DNA from: an uncultured Acidobacteriota bacterium
GTDB lineage: Bacteria > Acidobacteriota > Thermoanaerobaculia > Multivoradales > UBA5704
Reading direction: 5' to 3'
DNA length: 64,000 nt
Assembly (NCBI GenBank): GCA_963700145.1
Contig: OY969474.1
Span: forward strand, 4,320,001-4,384,000
Shown here one piece after another: positions 12,051 through 20,825 of the stretch. The translations under genes and the position numbers were made by a program. How positions within the stretch are numbered: the first letter of the stretch is position 1; each line of letters begins with the position of its first letter. The notes under the pieces are model-generated. The model searched no databases and was not told the DNA's origin. It saw only the letters and a list, made by a program, of their open reading frames with translations.

Positions 12051-12677
12051 ATGCTCAGCGAGGCAGCCGACCATCAGAAAGGTTGGGATTTCGAAGCGGC
12101 AGCGATGCCCTTCGTGGACGCGCTGTACAACACCGCCTACCGGATGACCCGCAATCCGGAGGACGCGGAGGACCTCGTCCAGGAGACCTACCTCAAGGCC
12201 TACCGCTACTACGACAAGTTCGAAGAGGGGACCAACTTCAAGGCGTGGCTCTTCAAGATTATGAAGAACACGTTCATCAACAACTACCGCAAGCGGCAGC
12301 AGTCCCCTGCCTTCTCGGACTTCGCCGACATCGAGGAGTCCTTCGAGAGCCAGGTCAACGAGGACAGCGTGCGGCAGATCAGGAACCCGGAGGAGGAGCT
12401 GCTGGAGAACGTCCTCGACCAGGACGTCCAGCTCGCCCTCGACCGACTGCCGCCCGACTACCGGATGGTCGTCGTCCTGGCCGACCTCGAAGGCTTCTCC
12501 TACAAGGAGATCGCCGACATCCTGGAGGTGCCGGTCGGCACCGTCATGAGCCGGCTGTACCGCGGGCGGCGCCTGCTGGAGGCGGCGATGCTGGAGTTCG
12601 CCCGCGACCACGGCTACCTGCGCGAGGGGGTCGAGCCGACCAAGATGCGCAGCCGCAAGGCGGCCGTCGCGGAGTGA
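12051..12677 (+). CDS. ECF sigma factor (SigH/SigR-like)
   Basis: [25 protein letters not shown] and [26 protein letters not shown]; AAGGAG SD before ATG 12051. Confidence 0.93.
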   Translation: MLSEAADHQKGWDFEAAAMPFVDALYNTAYRMTRNPEDAEDLVQETYLKAYRYYDKFEEGTNFKAWLFKIMKNTFINNYRKRQQSPAFSDFADIEESFESQVNEDSVRQIRNPEEELLENVLDQDVQLALDRLPPDYRMVVVLADLEGFSYKEIADILEVPVGTVMSRLYRGRRLLEAAMLEFARDHGYLREGVEPTKMRSRKAAVAE

Positions 12678-12780
12678 GGGGACGGCCGCGGAAATTTTCG
12701 CCTCGGGTCGGAGAGTTGATTCCCACGGCTGACAATGACGTCCCATCCAAAGGAACACCCCAGGCTCCGCGGAGGAGATG

Positions 12781-13023
12781 ATGGACTGTAAAGTGGTCGG
12801 AGACTCGATCTACCTGTTCTTCGACAACGAGCTGGACCAGGCGCTCCTCGCCCCGTTCCGCAGCCACGTGGACGGCTGCGGCACCTGCTCGCGGCAGGTC
12901 GACTACACCCGCAAGCTCCTCCTGTTGGTCCGCGAGAGCGTGCGCTGCAACGCCCCCGACCGCCTGCGCCTCCGCATCCTGACCGACATGCCCCACCGGG
13001 GCGGCCTCGAGCGCTCCGTCTAG
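12781..13023 (+). CDS. Zinc-binding (zf-HC2/ZAS) soluble anti-sigma factor, RshA/RsrA-like
   Basis: N-terminal Cys plus HVDGCGTC (HxxxCxxC) and APDRLRLRI; no TM segment; lies right after the ECF gene; GGAGG SD. Confidence 0.9.
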   Translation: MDCKVVGDSIYLFFDNELDQALLAPFRSHVDGCGTCSRQVDYTRKLLLLVRESVRCNAPDRLRLRILTDMPHRGGLERSV

Positions 13024-13037
13024 CGGAGAACCCCACC

Positions 13038-13520
13038 ATGCATCGTGCGACGACCTTCAACGGCCTTGGCCGCGGCGCAGCGGCCTGCGCGCTGGCGCTG
13101 GCGGCGCTCCTGGCCGCCGCGCCTCCGGCCGCGGCGCAGGGCGTGCGGCTCACCGGGCTGGGCGGCGAGCGGCTCTCCGACGCCGACCTCGCGCAGGGGA
13201 CGACCATCGTCGTCGTCTGGGCGTCGTGGTCCCCCAAGTCTCGCGACATCGTCGCTCGGGTCAACCCCATCGCCCAGCGCTGGGGCGGCCAGGCGCGCGT
13301 CGTCACGGTCAACTTCCAGGAGGACCGCGCGGCGGTCGAGGGCTTCCTCGCCGGCAAGCAGCTGGCGGTGCCGACCTACCTCGACCAGGACGGCGCCTTC
13401 TCGAAGCAGTACACGGTGGCCACCCTCCCCGGTCTGCTGATCCTCAAGAACGGCCAGGTGGCCTTCCGCGGCAAGCTGCCCGACGACCCGGACAGCGTCA
13501 TCGCCGGCGCTCTTCAGTAG
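13038..13520 (+). CDS. Secreted TlpA-like thioredoxin-fold protein with SxxS in place of CxxC
   Basis: Signal peptide; VVVWASWSPKS, VVTVN, D.DGAFSKQYTVATLP. Confidence 0.85.
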   Translation: MHRATTFNGLGRGAAACALALAALLAAAPPAAAQGVRLTGLGGERLSDADLAQGTTIVVVWASWSPKSRDIVARVNPIAQRWGGQARVVTVNFQEDRAAVEGFLAGKQLAVPTYLDQDGAFSKQYTVATLPGLLILKNGQVAFRGKLPDDPDSVIAGALQ

Positions 13521-13689
13521 GGCGCGTAACGCGTCGCAGTAGGCGCCGCGGTCCCGCCTGCGCGCCCCCTCAAGCCTGCGGCAACCCTCAACCCCTGAGG
13601 GTTGTGGGGCTTAACCCTCCTGTGCTAGCTTCCGCCGGTCAACACCTAGGTCTTCGCTTCGGGTCACATACTGGGGGAGGTTGCGCCGC

Positions 13690-15075
13690 ATGCTGCAACG
13701 GAAGGTCAAGCTCGGCTCCCGCGCCCTGCGCCTCGCCTGTCCCGCGGTCCTGGCGCTCCTGGCGGCGGGCCTGGCACTGACCACCGAGAGCCTCGAGGCC
13801 TACAGCCGCTCCCCCTTCCCCCTCCTCCCCGCCCCCCGCTTCAACGAGATCCTGGCCGAGAGCGTGACGCTGCCCGACGCGGCGAGCCCGCTGCTCGACC
13901 GCGCGCGGGTGCCGGTGGAGTTCACGCTGCTGCGCGGGGAGACGGTCTCGGAGGTGTTCGCGAAGCTCGGGCTGGAGACGGCCGAGGCCCGCCACGCCAC
14001 CAACGCCCTGGCCGCCCACGTCGACCTCCGGCAGCTGCGCGCCGGCAACCGCTACTCCGCCTTCTTCAACCCCGATTCGAGCCTCGCCTCCTTCGAGCTG
14101 ACGCTCGAGGGGAGCGGGCGCGTGGGGATGAGCCGGGCGGCGCAGGGGTGGAGCTCGTACTGGCAGCCGTTCAAGCGGACGATGGAGCTGCGCGCCCTCT
14201 CCGGCAAGCTGCACGGCTCGCTCGACGCCTCGATCCGCGCCGCCGGCGGCCCCGCCGAGCTGGCGTACAAGATGGCCGACATCCTGCAGTGGGACCTCGA
14301 CTTCACGCGCGACCTGCGCGCCGGCGATGGCTTCGAGGTGCTCTACGAGGAGATCCGCCTCGAAGGCGAGGTCGACTCGATCGGCACCGTCTACGCCGTC
14401 GCCCTGGAGAGCCGCGGCCGCCGCCACGAGGCCTACCGCTGGAACGAGGGCGGCGTCTTCTACGACGGCGAGGGACGGCCGCTCAAGAAGATGTTCCTGC
14501 GCTCGCCGATGCGCTACTCCAACATCACCTCCCGCTTCTCCCACCGCCGCTTCCACCCCGTCCTCAAGCAGTACCGGCCGCACTACGGCGTCGACTACGG
14601 CGCGCCGACGGGGACGCCGGCGCGGGTGACCGCCAACGGCGTGGTCGCCTCGGCGGGCTGGGACCGCGGCGGCGGCAAAGTCGTCAAGGTGCGGCACGCC
14701 CAGGGTTACCTGACGGCCTACCTCCACCTCTCGCGTTTCGCCAAGGGGATCCGCGCCGGGGCGCGGGTGCGGCAGGGGGACGTCATCGGCTACGTCGGCT
14801 CGACCGGCCTCGCCACCGGCCCGCACCTCGACTACCGGGTGCAGCATCACAACCGCTGGATCGACCCGCTGTCGCTCAAGAGCGTGCGCGACGAGCCGAT
14901 CCCCTCGGCCAAGCTCGCCTCCTTCCGCGCCTACCGCGACGAGCTGCGCGAGGCGATGGCGAGCGGCGTGGCGCCGCGGCTCCTCCCCGACCCGGCCGGC
15001 GATCGCGGCTACGCGCTCGCCGCGGCGGCGCCGGCCGAGAGCGCGCCGGCGCCGGCGACCCGCAAGGCCCGCTGA
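13690..15075 (+). CDS. M23 family metallopeptidase (MepM/OapA-like murein endopeptidase)
   Basis: PHYGVDYGAP.GTP, TAYLHLSRF, VIGYVGSTGLATGPHLDY; N-terminal membrane anchor. Confidence 0.92.
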   Translation: MLQRKVKLGSRALRLACPAVLALLAAGLALTTESLEAYSRSPFPLLPAPRFNEILAESVTLPDAASPLLDRARVPVEFTLLRGETVSEVFAKLGLETAEARHATNALAAHVDLRQLRAGNRYSAFFNPDSSLASFELTLEGSGRVGMSRAAQGWSSYWQPFKRTMELRALSGKLHGSLDASIRAAGGPAELAYKMADILQWDLDFTRDLRAGDGFEVLYEEIRLEGEVDSIGTVYAVALESRGRRHEAYRWNEGGVFYDGEGRPLKKMFLRSPMRYSNITSRFSHRRFHPVLKQYRPHYGVDYGAPTGTPARVTANGVVASAGWDRGGGKVVKVRHAQGYLTAYLHLSRFAKGIRAGARVRQGDVIGYVGSTGLATGPHLDYRVQHHNRWIDPLSLKSVRDEPIPSAKLASFRAYRDELREAMASGVAPRLLPDPAGDRGYALAAAAPAESAPAPATRKAR

Positions 15076-15121
15076 GCCGGCCGGGCGGGCGCCGCCGACC
15101 CGTCCATCCTCGCCTGCCGCG

Positions 15122-16099
15122 ATGCCGACCGTCCGCGCCTGGTGCCGCGTCGACCTGGCCGGCGGCACGCTCGACATCTGGCCGCTCGGCCTCCTGCACC
15201 CCGGGGCGCGCACCGTCAACCTGGCGATCGACCTCGCCGCCACCGTGGCGCTGGCGCCGGGCGCCGGCAGCTACCGCGTGCGCCAGGGCGACGAGGTCGT
15301 GGAGACCGCGACCGCCGCCGAGCTGGCGCGCTCGCCCGCGGCGCTGGCCGGCGTCGTCGCCGAGGCGCTCGAGCTGCCGCCTTTCGCCGCGGAGCTCGCC
15401 AGCGACTCGCCGCGCGGCGCCGGCCTCGGCGCCAGCTCGGCCCTGGCGGTCGGGCTGATCACCGCGGCCGAGGTCTGGCTCGGGCGCCCGCGGTCCGCCC
15501 CGGCCGCCGTGGCGGCGCTGGCGCGCGACCTCGAAGCGCGCTTGATGGGGCTCCCCACCGGCGTCCAGGACCACTACCCGGCTCTCCTCGGCGGCGCGCT
15601 GGAGATCGAGCCCGTCCCCGGCGGCGAGCGGGTGCGGGCGCTGGCCGCCGATCTCGACGCGCTCGGCGAGAGTCTCCTCGTCGTCTACTCCGGCGTCAGC
15701 CACTTCTCGGCCGGCCAGAACTGGCAGGTGGTGCGCCGCCGCCTCGACGGCGAGCCGGAGATGATCGGGCTCTTCGCCGGCATCGCGGCGGCGGCGGCGG
15801 AGGTGCCGGCGGCGCTGGAGGCGGGGGACCTGCCGCGGGTGGGGGAGCTGATGACGCGCGAGTGGAGCTACCGCCGCCACCTGGCCGACGGCGTCTCGAC
15901 GCCCGAGCTGGAGAGCCTGCTCGCGCTCGCCGCGTCGCTCGGCGCCTGGGGCGGCAAGGCCTGCGGCGCCGGCGGCGGCGGCTCGGTCGCCCTGCTCTGC
16001 CCGCCGGAGCGGCGGCAGGCGATCGCGGCGGCGCTCGAAAGCGCCGGCGGCCGGGTGCTGCCGGCGCGGCCGGCGCTCGGGCCGCTCGCGGTGGAATGA
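15122..16099 (+). CDS. GHMP kinase resembling HddA (D-glycero-alpha-D-manno-heptose 7-phosphate kinase)
   Basis: RVDLAGGTLD, PRGAGLGASS, GVQDH and GGKACGAGGGG. Confidence 0.85.
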   Translation: MPTVRAWCRVDLAGGTLDIWPLGLLHPGARTVNLAIDLAATVALAPGAGSYRVRQGDEVVETATAAELARSPAALAGVVAEALELPPFAAELASDSPRGAGLGASSALAVGLITAAEVWLGRPRSAPAAVAALARDLEARLMGLPTGVQDHYPALLGGALEIEPVPGGERVRALAADLDALGESLLVVYSGVSHFSAGQNWQVVRRRLDGEPEMIGLFAGIAAAAAEVPAALEAGDLPRVGELMTREWSYRRHLADGVSTPELESLLALAASLGAWGGKACGAGGGGSVALLCPPERRQAIAAALESAGGRVLPARPALGPLAVE

Positions 16100-16115
16100 C
16101 CGGAGGTGGCTGAGA

Positions 16116-17513
16116 TCAGCGGGACTGGATGCGGCGCTCGAGGACTTTCCAGGCCTGGTCGAAGCCGAACGCCTCGCTGGTGACCAGCCGACGGATCGGG
16201 CTCCAGCCCGTCCCCTGCGTCTCGATGTAGCGGATCTCCGGCCCCATCACCCAGGCGATCAGGCTGGCGCGCCCGTCCACCGAGGAGTAGATCGTCGTCG
16301 GCGCGGCGCCGGTGTGCGGCGCGGGGCGGTCGGCGAGGACGCGGAGCTGCAGCAGCGGCACGGGGCCGGCCGTCGCGGTCTCCCCTTCCTGGGCCAGCTC
16401 CTCGATCCGCTCGGCCGCCGGCTCGCCGGCGGTGGCGGCCGCGGTGGCCGCCTGCACGCCGTGCTCCAGCACGCCGGCGCCGGCCTCGATGACGCGGGCG
16501 CGCACCGCTGCGGCGAGGGTGCTCTTGGCGCCGACGGCGAACTTCTTGCCGCCGCCGATGATGTGGGCGCGGAGGTCGTCGCCGAGGAAGGTGAGGAGGC
16601 CGCGGTGCAGGCGGTAGCCGCCGCCGATGATGTGCGCCCGCAGCACGTCCGCCAGCGCGGTGACGTCGGAGCCGGCAGTGATCGCGAACCCGCCGCCGAT
16701 GATGTGGGCGCGAAGACCGTCGGCCAGGGCGCTCAGCTCGCCGGCCAGCAGGCTCGCCTCGACGACCAGCAGCCGCCCGGTCGCCGGGTTGGCGAAGGAG
16801 ACGACGACGCTGTGGTCGTTGCGCCCGGCCTGGACGCGCGGCGCCTGGAGGAGCTGCTCGGTCACCCCGCCGATCGTCGCCTCGACGGCCGGCCGGTCGA
16901 GCCCGCCCAGGGAGTAGATCGGGTTCCAGCCCACGTAGGCGCCGTTGAGGAGCAGGATGGGCGCGTAGTTGACCTTGTCGCCGTCCCCGCCGGCCTCCCA
17001 CCAGACGAGGTGGAGGACGGTCCGCCGCACGCTGCGCTCGACCCCGTCCCCGCCGGCGAACCGGAACTCGTCGCGGGTGACCGCGAGCTGCGGCGCGCTC
17101 TTGGCCGCGAAGGGGTTGCCGACGACCTCGATGACCTCGCCCCATTCGCCGTCCTTGAAGCTGGCGAGGTAGAGCACCGGGTGGATCTGGTTGACGATGC
17201 TGCGCCAGACCAGGAAGAGGGAATCGGAGGCTGCCTCGTAGACCAGCGCGGGCGAGTCCTCGACCTCGCCGCCGGCGGTCTTCGGCACCAGCAGCCGCTC
17301 GATCGCCGCGTCCGGCCGCGCCACGTCGAGCGCCAGGACGGTGTCGTCCGCAGCCGCCGCGGCGCCGCCGGTGAAGAGCGCGCCGTAGCTGCCGGCGGCC
17401 ACCGTGTAGACCTCGCCGCCGCCGCCCAGGGCGGCCTGCCGCTCGGCGGCCGCGGCGCTGCCGGCGAGGAGCAGGCCGGCGGCGGCGAGGAGGGCAGTGG
17501 AGCGGGCGGGCAT
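16116..17513 (-). CDS. Secreted hypothetical protein with three LRAHIIGGG repeats
   Basis: Sec-type signal peptide (LLAAAGLLLAGSAAAA); starts 4 nt after the TPR gene stop; codon usage fits the genome. Confidence 0.8.
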   Translation of the reverse strand: MPARSTALLAAAGLLLAGSAAAAERQAALGGGGEVYTVAAGSYGALFTGGAAAAADDTVLALDVARPDAAIERLLVPKTAGGEVEDSPALVYEAASDSLFLVWRSIVNQIHPVLYLASFKDGEWGEVIEVVGNPFAAKSAPQLAVTRDEFRFAGGDGVERSVRRTVLHLVWWEAGGDGDKVNYAPILLLNGAYVGWNPIYSLGGLDRPAVEATIGGVTEQLLQAPRVQAGRNDHSVVVSFANPATGRLLVVEASLLAGELSALADGLRAHIIGGGFAITAGSDVTALADVLRAHIIGGGYRLHRGLLTFLGDDLRAHIIGGGKKFAVGAKSTLAAAVRARVIEAGAGVLEHGVQAATAAATAGEPAAERIEELAQEGETATAGPVPLLQLRVLADRPAPHTGAAPTTIYSSVDGRASLIAWVMGPEIRYIETQGTGWSPIRRLVTSEAFGFDQAWKVLERRIQSR

Positions 17514-17517
17514 CGGA

Positions 17518-18414
17518 TCAGGCCTTGAGGTTGATCATCTTGCGGACGTCGATCGCCATCAGGAACTGCGGCAGATAGCCGGCGTCCGGGTAGAAGCGCC
17601 GCTGCAGGCGGCCGAAGTAGTCGCCCGCGAGGTCGTGCTCGCCGGCCAGGTTCGCGGCCTCACCGAGCAGGAAGAGAGCGTTCTTGATCGCCTCGGAGTA
17701 CTGCGCCGCCTCGGCCGCCGCCAGCGCCTGCAGGCCGTACTTGACGGCGCTGCGAAGACGGCCGACCTCGAGGTGGGCGTAGCAGAGGTCGAGGCAGGGA
17801 TAAACCTTGTAGGCGCCGTGGTGGTGGAGGACGCGCAGGCTCGCGTACAGCAACCGGAAGCCTTCCTGCAGCCGTCCCTGGACCACGTGGGCGTAACCCA
17901 GGTTGTCCTGGATGAAGGCGCGCCAGACCGGGGACGCCGCCGGCGCGAGCCGCAGGGCCTCCTCGTACTGCTCGCAGGCCTGATCGAAGAAGCTCTCCGC
18001 CAGCAGGAGGTTGGCGCGCAGGTTTTTCGACCACGCGAGCCACTCCGGCCGTTCCACCTGCTCGGCGCGGTCGTGGGCGATGCGGGCGTAGAAGGCGGCC
18101 TTCTTGTGCTCCTTCTTGAGCTCGTAGGAGCGGGCGATGTTGTAGGCGGCGCGGTAGCAGCTCTCGTCGTCGGCGCTGCGCATCAGGATCTGGCGCAGCT
18201 CCGGCACGCGGGCGTCCCCGCGTCCGAGCTCGATCTCCACCGCGGCGTGGTGGCAGAAGGCGCGATCGATCGCCGGTGCGTCCCCCGCTGCCTGCGCCAG
18301 CCCGAGCAGGCGCTCGAACTGCGCCTCGGCCTCGTCCAGCCGGCCGGCCTCGAGGCTGCTCCGCGCTTCCGCGCTCAGCCGCTCGAGCTCCGCCACGTTC
18401 CCCGCTCCGCTCAT
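17518..18414 (-). CDS. Cytoplasmic tetratricopeptide-repeat protein
   Basis: TPR-like helices (YNIARSY, NLRANLLL..A..QYEEALRL, DNLGYAHV.QGR); no signal peptide. Confidence 0.85.
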   Translation of the reverse strand: MSGAGNVAELERLSAEARSSLEAGRLDEAEAQFERLLGLAQAAGDAPAIDRAFCHHAAVEIELGRGDARVPELRQILMRSADDESCYRAAYNIARSYELKKEHKKAAFYARIAHDRAEQVERPEWLAWSKNLRANLLLAESFFDQACEQYEEALRLAPAASPVWRAFIQDNLGYAHVVQGRLQEGFRLLYASLRVLHHHGAYKVYPCLDLCYAHLEVGRLRSAVKYGLQALAAAEAAQYSEAIKNALFLLGEAANLAGEHDLAGDYFGRLQRRFYPDAGYLPQFLMAIDVRKMINLKA

Positions 18415-18438
18415 CCGACGCGCGCCTTCACCCGGTCC

Positions 18439-18798
18439 CTAGTTCTCGTCCTGCCGGAGATGCTGCAGCCGCTTGAAGGTGATGAAGTCTTCGACCTCGC
18501 GCTGCGCCTCGTCGGGGAGGGCCTTGAAGTCCTGGACGACGCGGGCGTCGCGGGGAGTGAACGTCTCGCTCGCCAGCTCGTCGAAGAACTCGCCCATGCT
18601 CAGCTGGAACTCGGCCAGGATGCGGAAGAGAGTGTCGAGGCTGACCCGGTACTCCCCCTTCTCCATGCGCGAGAGGTCCGACTGCTGGATGCCCAGACGC
18701 GCCGACAGCTCGGTCTGGGTGAGCTTGTGCTCCTTTCGCAGCTTGCGGATCTTCTGACCGACGAGCTGCACCTGCCGGATCTTGTGCACGGTGGCCAT
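18439..18798 (-). CDS. XRE-family helix-turn-helix transcriptional regulator
   Basis: VGQKIRKLRKEHKLTQTELSARLGIQQSDLSRMEKG. Confidence 0.93.
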   Translation of the reverse strand: MATVHKIRQVQLVGQKIRKLRKEHKLTQTELSARLGIQQSDLSRMEKGEYRVSLDTLFRILAEFQLSMGEFFDELASETFTPRDARVVQDFKALPDEAQREVEDFITFKRLQHLRQDEN

Positions 18799-18808
18799 GA
18801 ATCGTGTG

Positions 18809-18839
18809 ATTATGGCATAACGGGATTCCGGAATGTCAA
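18809..18839 (-). promoter_or_regulatory. Putative promoter of the XRE gene with two overlapping palindromes
   Basis: Minus strand reads TTGACA (18839-18834) and extended -10 TGcCATAAT, with a long 19-nt spacer. Palindromes TTATG-G-CATAA at 18810-18820 and ATTCCGGAAT at 18825-18834. Confidence 0.55.
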
Positions 18840-19603
18840 GGCACCTTTTCCTCCTGCGTGAGCTGGTCCGGCGGGACTTCGCCGCCCGCTACGCCGGGTC
18901 CTCCCTGGGCTGGCTCTGGTCGTTCCTGCAGCCGCTGTGGATGCTGGCCCTCTTCTCGTTCGTCTTCTCGGCGGTGCTGAAGACGCCGCTCCTCGGGCAG
19001 CGCACCGGCAACTTCGGGGTCTTCCTCTTCTGCGGCCTGCTCCCCTGGCTGGCGGTCCACGAGGGACTGGTGCGGGCGACCACCGCGATCACCGACAACG
19101 GCCACCTGATCAAGAAGCTGCGTTTCCCGCCGGAGATCCTGGTGCTGGCGGTGGTGGTCACCTCCCTGCTGCAGCAGCTCATCACCTCGGCGCTCTTCAT
19201 CGCCATCTTGGCGTGGCTGGGGGAGCTGTCGCTGCCCACCCTGCCGCTGCTGCTGGTGGCCCTGCCCGTGCAGCTCGGGCTGATGGTGGGCCTGGGCTCG
19301 CTTTTCGCCGCGGTCCACGTCTTCCTGCGCGACACCTCGCAGCTGCTGGGGCTGGTGCTGCAGACCTGGTTCTACCTGACCCCGATCGTCTATCCGCTGG
19401 AGGCGGTGCCGGAGCCCTACCGCGACTGGCTGCGCCTCAACCCGCTCGTCGCCCTGGTGGAGCTCTACCGGCAGGCGTTCCTGGGCCCGGGCTTCAGCCG
19501 GGTGGAGGGGCTGGGCTGGCTCGCGGCCTTCACCGTGGCCGCGGCCTGCGCCGGCACCCTCCTCTTCCGCCGCCTCAAGCCGGTCTTCGTCGACGAGATC
19601 TAG
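18833..19603 (+). CDS. wzm: ABC-2 type polysaccharide export permease
   Basis: LVRRDFAARYAGSSLGWLWSFLQPL, LIKKLRFP, FYLTPIVYP, LNPL and C-terminal FVDEI. Confidence 0.92.
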   Translation: MSRHLFLLRELVRRDFAARYAGSSLGWLWSFLQPLWMLALFSFVFSAVLKTPLLGQRTGNFGVFLFCGLLPWLAVHEGLVRATTAITDNGHLIKKLRFPPEILVLAVVVTSLLQQLITSALFIAILAWLGELSLPTLPLLLVALPVQLGLMVGLGSLFAAVHVFLRDTSQLLGLVLQTWFYLTPIVYPLEAVPEPYRDWLRLNPLVALVELYRQAFLGPGFSRVEGLGWLAAFTVAAACAGTLLFRRLKPVFVDEI

Positions 19604-20713
19604 CTAAGCGCCGTTCTTCTCGGCGGTCTGGCGGACCAGGGTGCCGGCGAAATCGACGGTCAGCGCCGGGACCTTCGGGCTGTCGGTCTTGAGGTGCAGT
19701 TTCCCGGCGAAGGGCCCCTCCCTCATCGCCGCCGGGTCGAGCACGAGGACGACCTTGTACTTCCGGCCCTGCTCGACCGGCTGGACCTGGGCGGAGATCC
19801 CCGGCACGTCGGTCTCGGCGCCGGTGAGGGCGATCGCCTCCGTGGCGAAGTTGCGGACCTGGAAGACGGCGTGCCGCGGCCCGCTCAGGTTGAGCGTCCC
19901 GAAGTCGGCGCGGTCGGGGTCGACGAAGAGGGTGGGGCGGACGAAGCCGGAGACCGGGATCTGGAGCAGCTTCTGGCGCGGGTGCGTCGTGGTGACATCG
20001 ATGAAACCGGTGATCGCGCCGACCGGCGCCGTGGTGGAGAGAGTCGGCTCGACCCGCCACTGGCGGCCCGCGAAGCCCTCGACGCGCTCCTCGGGCTTGG
20101 CCTCGCGGAAGCTGACCGTGATGGCGGGCATCGGGGACTCGACCGAAAGGACCTGGAAGTCGGCGCCGTCGCCGGCGTAGACGGTCTGGCCGATGGAGCC
20201 CTGCGGCTCGTGCTGCACGTAGATCCACCGCGCATAACCGGGCTTGGCGAGCAGCTTCGAGACGACGTTGAACTTGAGCGCCAGCACCGCCGCGGGGGGG
20301 GTATGTCCCTTCACATAGACCTCGGTGGTGACCGAGCCCGGGCCGTTGAGGGTCATAGTGTCGAGATCGACGTGCACCTTCCCTTCGCCGCCGGGCGGGA
20401 TGGTCTTGTCGAACTCCGCCACTGTGCAGCCGCAGGACGGAGCGACGCGCTCGATCGTCAGCGGCTCCTTGCCGGTGTTCTTGAGCACGAAGCTGTGAAT
20501 GACAGTGTCGCCCTTGACCAGCGTTCCGAGGTCGAACGTGGGCTCGACCGCAGTGAGGGGGACGGCGCTCGCTGGCGGCGCGGCCGTGGCAGGCGGCGTC
20601 GCGGTCTCGCCGGCGGCGAGCGGTCCGGCCACCGCCAGAACGACGAGCAGGAGCGTCAAGATGGCGCCGCGCTGACGGCGGTGGGGATGAACGGGAGTGT
20701 CGATCACGGGCAT
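19604..20713 (-). CDS. Secreted DUF1573-like Ig-fold protein
   Basis: FVLKNTGKEPLTIERVAPSCGCT..IPPGGEG; signal peptide; GAGGA SD before ATG 20713. Confidence 0.82.
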   Translation of the reverse strand: MPVIDTPVHPHRRQRGAILTLLLVVLAVAGPLAAGETATPPATAAPPASAVPLTAVEPTFDLGTLVKGDTVIHSFVLKNTGKEPLTIERVAPSCGCTVAEFDKTIPPGGEGKVHVDLDTMTLNGPGSVTTEVYVKGHTPPAAVLALKFNVVSKLLAKPGYARWIYVQHEPQGSIGQTVYAGDGADFQVLSVESPMPAITVSFREAKPEERVEGFAGRQWRVEPTLSTTAPVGAITGFIDVTTTHPRQKLLQIPVSGFVRPTLFVDPDRADFGTLNLSGPRHAVFQVRNFATEAIALTGAETDVPGISAQVQPVEQGRKYKVVLVLDPAAMREGPFAGKLHLKTDSPKVPALTVDFAGTLVRQTAEKNGA

Positions 20714-20825
20714 GGTTTCCTCACGGCGCATTCGTCGTTCCAGGTTCTTACGCGGCATCGCTCTTGCACACTTTGGCACGGTCTTGTTCTGCAGGTTCCG
20801 TACCACCATCAAGGAGACGCCACCG

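Noticed and set aside
12690-12717. GGAAA...GTT as a SigR-type promoter between the sigma and anti-sigma genes
   Set aside because: The 20-nt spacer is longer than expected for this promoter class; too weak to call.
13218-13245. Selenocysteine or a sequencing artefact at the TlpA active site
   Set aside because: The codons are TCC and TCT, not TGA; two independent errors are unlikely.
13582-13604. caaccctca-N5-tgagggttg palindrome upstream of the M23 peptidase
   Set aside because: Single occurrence with no identifiable cognate regulator; it could be an operator or a hairpin but cannot be assigned.
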